A stretch of DNA of 63,308 nucleotides, taken from contig NC_068987.1 of assembly GCF_001194135.2 (NCBI RefSeq), forward strand, positions 47,489,494 to 47,552,801, in the 5' to 3' direction. The translations under genes were made by a program, and so were the position numbers. Origin of the DNA: Octopus bimaculoides. Lineage: Eukaryota. The first letter of the stretch is position 1, and the number at the start of each line of letters is the position of its first letter. Shown piece after piece: positions 11,393 to 22,232 of this stretch. The notes under the pieces are model-generated. The model was given only the letters and a program-made list of their open reading frames with translations, made no database searches and was not told where the DNA came from.

Positions 11393-11949
11393 CTTGCTTT
11401 CACTTCACACATACATGCACATGCAGTCATGTGGCTTTTCTCAGCAAGAAACCTGTTCTGCTCTGGTCCTATTCTCACATACTTTACTTTTTTCTACTCG
11501 TTCTCTGAGCATAAAGTTGCCCCAACCCTTTGAGGTTCATAGTTTTGCAGACAGCACAGCAATCTCATTAGTACTGGTGGCATGTAAAAAGCACTCAGTA
11601 CATGCTGTAAAGTGACGTTAGGAAGAGTATCCAGCTATAAAAAAACAATGCTAAGTCTTTGGGTCCATCAGATTATGTCAAACCGTCCAACCCATGCCAG
11701 CATGAAACATGGACGTTAAATGAAAATGACTACGAAGATGATATATGTCCTGCTACTTTTCAGTTTCCATCAACCAAATGCAATCGCAAACTTTGGTCAG
11801 CCTAGGGTTAAAGTAGACGATACTAGCCCGAGGTGCAACGCAGTGGGTCTGAACCTGAAACAATGTGGTTGGGAAGTAAACTTCTTAGCGCCTACAGTAA
11901 TCGAACGCCTTGTCTTTCGTAAATGATATATTTGTGTGATTGAAAGTGA

Positions 11950-11960
11950 ATGTGTGTGTA

Positions 11961-12021
<61 letters not shown>
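11950..12021. repeat. (TG)n(AG)n compound microsatellite just upstream of the ZNF unit 1 promoter region
   Basis: Direct reading. Confidence 0.95.
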
Positions 12022-12022
<1 letters not shown>

Positions 12023-12089
12023 GTGTACACATACACATATCCATCCATAGAGAAGGTAGTTTCTCTGGTTAGCGATTACATCTCGTACC

Positions 12090-12225
12090 GCCATCCATAG
12101 TTTCAAGAAGTCCTAACACTCCCGTAATAATCCTTCACACCTCTTACTACTTCCTTTCGGTTTAACTTCCCTTGCTGACATCTCTGTCGGCAGGAAAGCG
12201 ATCGTTTCTCCCCAGGTAGGTATGC
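12090..12225 (+). promoter_or_regulatory. Predicted promoter and non-coding exon 1 of ZNF paralog 1 (donor CAG|GTAGGT)
   Basis: Homologous to 39165-39263 and 52279-52363, each upstream of a ZNF CDS and each ending at an aligned GT donor. TSS not determined. Confidence 0.65.
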
Positions 12226-13585
12226 TTCATTCTCTTATCTACCCTCATTTGTATATACAGTCCTGTTGCATACCAATTATACATTAGTTACTAGACATAT
12301 TAACTATAAAACATTTGCAACACATCCATCGCGTCTTCTCAGTCGGTGACGAAGTGTGTGGCTTTGTTTTTCGTCTTGAGATGTTGTGTTGATGGTGGAC
12401 AGAGAGAAAAGATTTGTTGCTGTGATGAGTGTTATCGGTAGGCAACAAGGTTTAATTACAGCAGACTATATAAATCAGACCACACAGTAAATGTGATGAT
12501 ATAAAATAAAGCTCTCCGCCATCAGACAGAGAGGAGAGGTGGTTTTCTTTTGCCACTCTGGCGACCAAGAATTTAACCGTAAGTTATTTATCTGGTCTAT
12601 GCAGGTTCGAATGGCGTTGAAGTCATTCATTTAAATTAGTGAAAGATTTCAATTAACCACCCTCACTATTCTCTTTTCTGATCCACTATGAAATTTTCCT
12701 AGAGCTTTTAATATAAATCTGTCTTGGATTACTGTAATCTTTTTACTAAAAAATTTAATCCCATTAATATTCTCACATTGTTTTAAAACTAACCTCTCCT
12801 ATACAATATACTCAACGACCTTCCCCCTTTTTAATATTGTTTCTCCTTTATTATTCTGTTTATTGGCCTCGTTATTATTGTTGTTTAACTATATGAGTAC
12901 ATTTGTTGTTGTCGATGATGATTGTATATATGTTTTTATTAGAGCAGAGTATTTTAACCTTCATCTTTGCTTTCCGTTAACAATCAAATGGTCATATTTT
13001 CTCCGCGTGTCCGTCTATGTATTTTTATTACTGTTCATTTTTGCAGTACTTTTGCCTGGAGGTTGCCCTAACCTCTCTCTCTCTCTCAGCAAATAGAATA
13101 ATTGCGGAAAGGCTGGCAACAACGATTGCTACTCCGTTGCATAGTCCACTCCCACCAATTCTCTGATCAAAGCAACTTCCATGTTCGATGTCTTCCAAGT
13201 TGGCCAGACGTGTTTATTTGATAATTCTCACCAATTTCTGTACATAATACTCAACACAAGGGGAGGTAGACTGGAGGTCATTTAGGCATTGTAACACCCA
13301 TTTTATATCACTGACCATACAAAGATATCTATGTCTCCCGCCCACCATTCTTCACATTCTCATGTTTTTTCTTTTTACCTAAGGTCGGTACCGTTGTATT
13401 TCATATGGATCCAACGAACGAAAATAACTGACCGGACATAGCAGAGGCATATGCATCTTTAATTAACCCTATAAAAAAATATAAAAACCACTTCACTTAT
13501 ATTGAAGTTAAATAAGCAAGTGTATTAGTGTGGTACACACATGACTCAGTGGTCCAGTATCTAGCTCCACCACCAGACCTCGTGG

Positions 13586-13619
<34 letters not shown>

Positions 13620-14099
13620 TACACACACATATATCTCCGTTTTTGTAAAGATTAGCTTTTATCCTTCACATTTTCTCAATATTTTGTCTGTGTGTACTAT
13701 CAGCTCTAGGATTCAGGAAATTTTCCTTCTCGGCCACCGGAATCCTGGTACTGTGTCTTACTATACACACACACACACACACACACACACTTTATTAACA
13801 ACGCATTTTTGCATTATTAATCATGAGTTTTAAGAATCTATCACGAATTTCTTTGTATTCGTTTGCTCACTACGAATTGAACACGTCGATCTCATCATCT
13901 GATGCCCTTGTGACAAATAATAGAAATCATTACGATAGTAGGATGGTGAGAAGAGATTCCCACTTTAGGATTGCGGCATCATGGACGGTCAGTTCCTCAA
14001 GTTCAAAGCCATTGAAAGTTGCTTTCCCTTTTCTCCATTAGTTAATAATAATGATTTTGTTTTGAAGTGATACCACTTCACATTTTTATAAAAGGCGGA

Positions 14100-14670
14100 T
14101 ATAGTTGATTGCACCGACTTCGTTACTTAACTGTTTTTATTTTATCAACTGTGGAAGGATTTGAACTCAAAATGTAGCGGAAGGAATCTAGGCGCTGTCA
14201 TTCTACTCACTAACCTTCGCAGAGTTATTAAAAACAATAATAATAGTTCTTTATTTGCAACAAGGGGGATATTAATGATTTCTAACTTTGGTACAAGACC
14301 CTCACATTTTGGAGGAAGAATACGGTCACTTAAATCGACCTGATTGGTATTTTATCTTTTGAAGGGTCGTTAAAGCGTCCGATAAAATGCGTTTCGGTAT
14401 TTCTATCCTGCTCTTTATGTTCTGGTTTCAAATCACGCTGAGCTCAACTTTGCCCTTCTTCCTTTCAGGATCGATAAAATGAGGCACCAGTCAGGTATTG
14501 GGCTCGATGCTTTCTGTTTATATGTAAAACAGTTATTTTATCAACGCGTGTTTGATGAAAGGTGATGTCGACCCCCAGCGAAATATGAACTTAGAATGTA
14601 AAGGGGCATAACTAAAATACTAGGTGACATCTAGTCTTGTACTCTATTTCTGCCAACTCACCACTCAATA
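14100..14670. mobile_element. Cluster of degraded tRNA-derived SINE family B fragments
   Basis: Repeated ttctg.gttcaaat..ctcaactttgcc.ttc.tcctttc.gg.tcgataaaat motifs in both orientations. Confidence 0.6.
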
Positions 14671-16409
14671 ATTGCAATGGACGGGGGCAGTCTATAAAGA
14701 TAGACAACTAACTGTATACACTGTTAGATTACGGCCTGTATTATTTACGTTTCAAATAATCTATAGAAACAATCCCTCCGAAAAGTAATTTGAACCTCTT
14801 AACCAACTTCGAACCTACGTAGAACAATTTTATGCGTAAAAATCTAACTGGGCTTTTAATGATTGGATTTAGTCGGTTATTTGTAGCAGATTACCGATGA
14901 TAGATGTTATTAATTAGACCGTTACTATATCTACTTTAAACAGCTGCCATACTCGATATTATAAATATACTGCAACCATTATTGGCTAAACGAAAATGGG
15001 AAGTATTGACTGGGCGGGGTGGGATGAAGGCTCCTTAATCCCAGCATTTCCACCTAGTTGGTTGGTCCCATCTGTTAATGGACTCAGGTAAAGCCAGGTT
15101 TTTAACTGGTATTTTGTCGGTTTATTTAATGGCTATAACTGCATTAAAAGCTGAATATTCAAAGCTGCTTCGGGGCAAAATACTTTTCTACTTTAACATT
15201 ACCCCTCCCGTCCCCTTTTCACCCACTTATCTGCCCACTACTTTTTGTTCTTTCTCTCTCTCTCCACCTGACCTGCCTAAATTCTTTTCTCCCTTTTCGT
15301 TTCTCCCTTTCTCACTCTCACCACTCTCCTTTTCTTTCTCCATCATCTCACATATCTCATAATCTCCCTCTTACTTCCACCGTATCGCTTCATAACTTTC
15401 TTTCCTCATCTCCTCTTTTAGCCCTTCACGTCTCCTCCTCTCTCTTTTACCTCACCCTTTTTTATCGCTCTCTCTCTCTCTCTCATCAAGTCACATCTCT
15501 TTTACCTCACCCTCCATCTTACCCCTTCTGTCTTATTAACTCTCCCTTTTTCCTTATCACTTTTTCCTTATCACCCCTTCTGTCGTACCTCACCCTCTAT
15601 ATTACAAGTTAATTACTATCTGAAACTGATTTCCGGCAATGTGTGCGTGCGTGCGTGTTTTCTTCCCTCATTCCACAAGTATGTAGGTTGGTAGGGACAA
15701 CATTGTGCTTCTGGGAAGGAAATACAACCTTGAAACATCAGCTTGCATTTGAAACACCCAACTGTAGCTTTTCCCTCGTAACGTTGCTCAGCTCCTTGGC
15801 CGTAATTAAACAATATCAGCTATGTTGTTGTCAGCTGTTATTTAGCATGGTTTGGAGAATATAAATCCAGCTATGATCCAGTTGCTTATAGATAAGGTAC
15901 CGTAACTTTATTAAGTAAACCACATCGATTACTCCCTCTCTCGCAACATATTTGATACTTCTTTCTCTGAAGCCAAACTCTCTTGATTAGAGATTAATTC
16001 TATCTGTTGAGTAACTGAACCGTGTATTCCTTTCTTACCAGGGATATATTCTCCCTCCACATTGTTATAAGAAGTTGATTCGTTGGTTCCTCCACCTTCA
16101 AATTTACTGCCTACAAGTAATGTGGACTGAGATTGTTTCTTTAAAAAAAAAAACGAGAAACAATCTAGTTGTCAACGTACGAAAGAAAACTCATTACCTA
16201 ATGAACGCGGACATAGACGTACAGTTAAGAAATTCGTTTCGCACCTTTGTGCTTCCGAGTTCGATTCTAGTGCGCTACATCTTGAGCAGATATCTTTTAC
16301 AGTACGCTTACGTTGAAAAATGTTTTGTGGGTGGAATTTAATCGACCGAAACTGGGGGAAATAATCGTGTGTATGTGTTTATGTATTGTTTGTAGTGTAA
16401 AGCACCGTT

Positions 16410-16745
16410 TAATGTCTTTTCCATGCATGCATAGGTGAAACGGATTTTGTTGAAGCAGATTTTCTACGGCTGGGTGTTCTTCTTGTCACCAACCCTCGAC
16501 CTGGAAACCAGCATCGCTTGTATGATGGTGATGCTCGTTTACAACAAACCGTGACGCTAAGTCACAATGCACACATTCATCATCATCATTTAACGCCCGT
16601 TTCAGTTTCTCTCTACGAAACCCACTCATAAGGCTTTGATTGGTCTAGCCCTTCAGTAGAAGACACCCTTGGTGTCATACAGTGGGACTGAACCCAAGAC
16701 CACATGGTTGGGAAGCAAGATTACTTCTCAACCACACAGTCACAT
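16410..16745 (-). mobile_element. SINE family A head with RTE-type tail (A2 form)
   Basis: Head gtggttgagaagtaatcttgcttcccaaccatgtggtcttgggttcagtcccac. Similar copies at 23905-24345 (-) and 47590-47870 (+). Confidence 0.65.
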
Positions 16746-18107
16746 CAGTATCTATGCGGAGCTATAAACAAAGTAGTGGAGATGTATATGGATCTAACAG
16801 TGTTGTATACAGCCAGGCCTGTCTAGTATCATATGTTCCATCTGTGACCATATTGTTTTTCCTTTTTTTTTGTTTGATTTTCAGTCATAGAATATCAAGG
16901 ATTTGGACTACATCATCTAATGTGTCCTTCCTTGTTTATGACATTAGAATGAGATTTGGTTTATATTTTTAGCAGCTTGAGAAACTTAGGTAAAGCTCCC
17001 TCATTGCTACTGTTATTGTTTAACCTGTGCTGTGATGCATAAAAGGCACATATGCTGGTGACAGGTAAAGGACACCCAGTATACTCTGTGGAGTGGTTGG
17101 CATTAGGAAAGGCATCCAGCTGTAGAAACTAAACCAAAACCGACTGGAGCCTGATGCAGCACTCCGGCTTTCCAGTTCTGGTCAAACTCTAGCCCATGCC
17201 AGCATGGAAAATGGATACTGAATGATGATGATGATGACAGGTCAGCCCTGATGCAGCAGATCTCAGTGTTGATCAATAATGTATCTAGCACTGTGTTATC
17301 TAATGTGTCCTTTCATGATTAAGAGACTAGAGGAGGTTTGACCACTACTACTTATAGGTGGAATGAACAATAAGAGACATCCTCATTGGATTGATTGTCA
17401 GCATGTGTTTTAAGGACATGAAAAGAAAGTGTTAATTAGGAACTGTACTTAAATGATGGAGGGAATGGAATTGTGAGCTATAGTTTACCTGACCAAAATG
17501 TACACTGAGAGGATGGTATTTGTTTGCATTTTGTGTGGCATAGATGATTCCTGTTACATGGTACAGTACAGTGTTTCTCATGGGAAAAGGCCTGTGATAA
17601 TTGAAAAGAGGAGCAGACTGCATCATCATCATTGTTGACTAATGTCCACTTTTCCATTGTTGCATGAATCAACAGAATCCATTGAAACAGATTTTCTTCA
17701 GCTGAATGCCCTTCCTGTTACCAACCAAGCAAAGTAGTATATTTCCCTCATGCCCAGACATGATTTTCACAGAATACTGAAAATAAACAACATTGCTTAT
17801 ATGACAGTAATGCTCATTTACAACTGTTACATGAGCTACAGACAAGGGTGCACGCATGTGCAAGAGTGCATTTTGCACCAAAAGCCAATATGAGAGTTTC
17901 TCTCTTGGTATCTTTTGCAGTATAGTTTGTTCTAACAGAACATTCATGTTTAAGTGGGAATAAATATTACATCTCAGTATTAATACTGCCTCTGTTGCTA
18001 ATATATATTTTTATACACTTAAAGTCCCAGCTGACCAAAGCCTTGTCATGGATTTGGAAAAAAAAAAAAAANNNNNNNNNNNNNNNNNNNNNNNNNNNNN
18101 NNNNNNN

Positions 18108-18148
<41 letters not shown>

Positions 18149-19454
18149 CATATATATTCTTCCAAATCCACTCATAAGGCTTTGGTCAGCCAGGGCTATA
18201 GTAGAAGACACTTACTGAAGGTGCCATGCATTAGAACTGAACCCAAGATCACATGGTTGAGAAGCATAGTTTTTAACAACACAACCATGCTTATGCCTAC
18301 CATTTTAAAATTAGGCACTTTTAAACATGTCCAACACCATGCAAGACAAAAAGAGAAGGATTATGTGAATGCAAATTCTATCTTCTCATTAATGGAAGTA
18401 GGGGGAAGAAGTATTTCACTGAAATTTGGGTGGGGTGCTTGTTTTTGTGAGTATGAGAGCCAGTTGTTCTCAAACTGGCTGTAATGTGGTCATATTGTCT
18501 TAAAATTTTAAAGACTTGCATGGCTGAATCCATACATTATCAAGTGGAAGGTCAGCATTTTCTGTCCTGCTTCCAAGTGCTACATAGTGACCATGATCAG
18601 CTCATTTATGTCTAAACATCCTAAAAATTCTCTGCTGTAGGAAACCACAGTTTGTTGACTGATACTATCTTTAACCTTCCAATGAGATTGCATCCTGTTT
18701 CCACTTCATCCCTTCCTTTCAAAACCACCTGTATTCAAACTTGAATGGAAACCTCAATAATTACTTCAGTTGTTACAGGGCAAAATTTCCATCATAGTTT
18801 CATATAAGAACCCTTTTTTAAAGTTATGTTCCAAATAACTATTTAATACGATCTGTCCATTAAACAAGTAAAAAGTTACTGCTAAAACTCCTCCAAGTTT
18901 TGGTTATTTTGAATTCTCTCTAGTGCTGGTATAGAATGCACCCAGTACTGGCTGTAATGTGGTTGGTAAATGAGTAAAGAATGCAAAGGGTTCCAAGGTC
19001 CCTCTTATTCAACTGCTTTAGTGTTGGTGCCACAAGAAAACATACCCAATATATAGTGTAAAGTGTTTGGCAATAGGAAGGGCATCCAGCCATAGAAACT
19101 AATTCAAGTGACACATATGAGCACCAGTCTGTGGAAACAGTCACTCCCAATAAGAAAAGACTTCGACCATGACAACCTGTCCAACCTATGTCTGCATGGA
19201 AAGCAGATGCAAAATGACGGTAATGATATAAAAAAAACTGACACACATAGGCAATGCATTTTAGTTACAATTTTACAAAAATATTGTCTCAGAAGCAAAT
19301 AAAACATACTAGAGAGGGAGAATGACTGAATAATGGTGGTGGTAGAGGTGGGAAGTGTGTGTAAACCAGTTAAAGATAAAGTTGAGGTCAATTAATTGTA
19401 TTAATTGCAAGAAAACTACTCTGACAACTGCATTTTACATTTGTGAACCTTTAA

Positions 19455-19675
19455 CCCTTTAGCATTCAAATTACTTTGTCAAATGTAACGCTTATTTATT
19501 CACATTTTTATGAATTAATCAAGCATTACCTTGTATCTTTGAGATTTCAGTGATGTGATTGTTCATTATTATATGACATTGCAAGGTAGGTGTAACAGGC
19601 TGGATCTCAGTTCAATTTGAACATAAAGCAGGTAGAATATTTGGGCTGGATATGACCAAATTAAATGCTAAAGGG
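19455..19675. mobile_element. piggyBac-type MITE, family 1 (other copies 27456-27676 and degraded ~23415-23628)
   Basis: TTAA|CCCTTTAGCATT ... AATGCTAAAGGG|TTAA. Confidence 0.85.
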
Positions 19676-20384
19676 TTAATAAAAATGATTTTTGACTGGA
19701 TCCCGTGTTCTGTACTTCAATAGACATTGAGAAAGCTGTTATCATAGTATACAAAAGGTCTAAATGTTGAATGAAGATATATATGCTTAGTACACAGTTG
19801 TTTTGTACATTTGGTGAACTTTGCTTGTATTGACCTTTATCACAACTGACCAAGTATCTGTGACTGTATTGTCTTAAAATTTTATGAGTAGCCGAAGAAG
19901 TGCATTATCAAACAACCATTTGGAAAGTCAGCATTTTTGTCCTATATTCCATTGTGACATAATGCCCATGATTAACTCGCTTATCTCTTAACAGCCAAAT
20001 GAGTTACAACTCTCTGTTGTTGTAGGTAACCACATTTTCTTGGCCAGTAGTACTGAGTTATACATATCCTATAGAAAAGTTAGGGTTTAATCATTTTCAG
20101 TGCAAGTTTTGTCTTTCATTCTTTTTACACTACAGAAGTTAGTCCTTTTGTGTCTAAGGAAGTAGTGAGTGCTTTGTTGAGGGAGATTTGGTTCTCATTG
20201 AGCATGCTGAGTGATCATGCAGACATTCCTTTGTTGTTTCAATGAAAAGATTAAAGCATAAGCACGTCCTTGATAGTTTGGTTCCTTATTGTCACTTCAT
20301 TGTTATAATTAAAACATGAAAGAGTTTGTAAATGGATGCCTGTAAGAAATATGATAATTTTCATAACCTGAGTTTCAGTAACAC

Positions 20385-20600
20385 TGTTGTTACCATCCGT
20401 CTATTAAATACACTTTTTTGTTTCAGTTACTTTTGAACATAAATGAAGAATTTAATACAATAATTTTGCCATTTTAAGATGGTACTTTAAACATAAATTA
20501 ATATGAAATTTTAATGGTGAGTTTTAATTTAGATTACTCTAAAAAAACAAGTATGTGTCATAGAGGTAGTCTCTTAATTATTGGTATCAAAAGGGTTACA
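20385..20600. mobile_element. piggyBac-type MITE, family 2 (copies ~30925-31130, ~53870-54065, ~59695-59899)
   Basis: Mutually homologous ~210-bp bodies. Termini of the form ..ggta(a/t)caaaaggg|ttaa, clearest at 59883-59899. Confidence 0.6.
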
Positions 20601-21049
20601 AAATCAATCCAGGTATTCTAAATACAGTTTTTTAAAATTTTATTGAAAAGAATTAAAAGAGTTAATTTGCAATGATAACATTAGAGAAAGGTTGAGCAAG
20701 TAATTGAGCATAAAAAATTAAAAGTATCAATTGCTGTCAGTTTTCTGAAGAGACCATGGCATAGCTGACATATGATAATTGAAGTAGTACTGGGTGCTGC
20801 GAGTCATAGATGTACACAGTAAGGGTACACCAACAAGACCTTAGAGAAGAGAGAGACTGGATCTTTGGTTAGGTCTGATGCATATGAAAAGTTATGTAGA
20901 ACATTGATTTGAAGTCCAGTTTAAGTCGTGCCAACATGGACAAATGCACATGGCACCTATGATAAACAAATGGACACAATATGTTAATACCTTCATTTTC
21001 AGCTAGCTGATTTATATTATTTGTGTTTCCCCACCCCTGCCACACACAT

Positions 21050-21240
21050 ACATGGTCAGCCCTGATCAAGTTGACCTGTAATGAAAGGAATTTTTAGCCA
21101 TGATCATCCCACCCTTTTGTATATCCAGGACTACATTGTCTAATATGTCTTTTGTTTTTAAGATGACACTGTTATTTGAAGGATATGTGGCTGTTATTTT
21201 TAACCAGGCAAGTAACTTCTTAGAGGCTCTCATTGGTTCA
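21050..21240 (-). mobile_element. SINE-like family D (also ~16790-17010, 17238-17350, 47100-47240, 53140-53290, 60060-60240)
   Basis: Recurrent ggtcagccctgatc..gacct.tgat.aaagg..ttccagcc and gactacatt.tc.aat.tgtcc motifs. Confidence 0.55.
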
Positions 21241-21512
21241 ATTGACTAATGTATGTTTGTCAAAGATATAAACTGGATGTGTCTGCAAAGCATTTGTTTG
21301 ATTTGAAGTATCCTGTCTCATATTATCTTCCTATTATGTGATGTACCTTTAAAGAAATAATAGCTTTAGCATTTCCTATTTGTATTGTTTGAAATGTTCT
21401 GAAACAGCACAATTAAATGATACATTTCTTTATATTTCAGTACCAAGTGCAACTTGTTGAAGAATCAGACGTATAACTCAGTGATCATTAAAGAGAGATT
21501 TACTTCTGAAAA

Positions 21513-22232
21513 ATGGAATTGTTGCCAGATTCTGAAGCTGAGCCATACTACTGTGGAGTATGTGGCAAAGAATTTCTTGTTCATGCATTATTGGAGAAAC
21601 ACTTGAAAACCCATACAGTAGAGAGACGTTTCTCTTGTGACATCTGCGGGAAAGACTTCTTGAAAAACTCTCACCTGACAAGACACATAAGAACACACAC
21701 GGGAGAGAAGCCTTTCCACTGTGACATCTGCGGCAAGGATTTCTCCGAGAATTACACCTTAAAAAACCACATAAAAACGCATACTGGAGAGAAACCTTTT
21801 CATTGTGATATATGTGATAAGGATTTTACTGAAAGATCCACATTGAAAAAACACCTGAGGATCCACACCGGAGAAAAGCCTTACCATTGCACGTTGTGTG
21901 GGGATAGCTTTACAGACCATTCTACTTTAAGATGTCACTTGAAGAAACACACAAGAGAAGAAAAATCATTCCAGTGCGAGACCTGTAGCAAGAATTTCAC
22001 TACTAAAGCCGCTTTGAAAGGCCACATTCGAATACATAAGAAGGAGAAAACGTTTCCTTGCAAGGAATGTGGGAAAGAATTCTCACTTAGCCTCCAATTA
22101 AAGGCACACATGAAAACACACGCCAAACCTGAGCCACAGTTGAAATCGAATATTTTACGCTGTAAGATATGCGGGGACAACTTTCTGGACAATGTTGCTT
22201 TAACAAGTCATCTAAGAATACATAGAGACTAA
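21513..22232 (+). CDS. C2H2 zinc-finger protein, 8 fingers, 239 aa, no KRAB/SCAN/BTB/ZAD domain (paralog 1)
   Basis: 8 x CxxC-x12-HxxxH with TGEKP-type linkers. Strong start context aaaATGG with an in-frame TGA two codons upstream. Acceptor tttcag| at 21440. Confidence 0.95.
   Translation: MELLPDSEAEPYYCGVCGKEFLVHALLEKHLKTHTVERRFSCDICGKDFLKNSHLTRHIRTHTGEKPFHCDICGKDFSENYTLKNHIKTHTGEKPFHCDICDKDFTERSTLKKHLRIHTGEKPYHCTLCGDSFTDHSTLRCHLKKHTREEKSFQCETCSKNFTTKAALKGHIRIHKKEKTFPCKECGKEFSLSLQLKAHMKTHAKPEPQLKSNILRCKICGDNFLDNVALTSHLRIHRD

Noticed and set aside
14750-15860. Possible Penelope-like remnant followed by a pyrimidine tract
   Set aside because: Only vague GIY-YIG-like snippets; could not be aligned with confidence.
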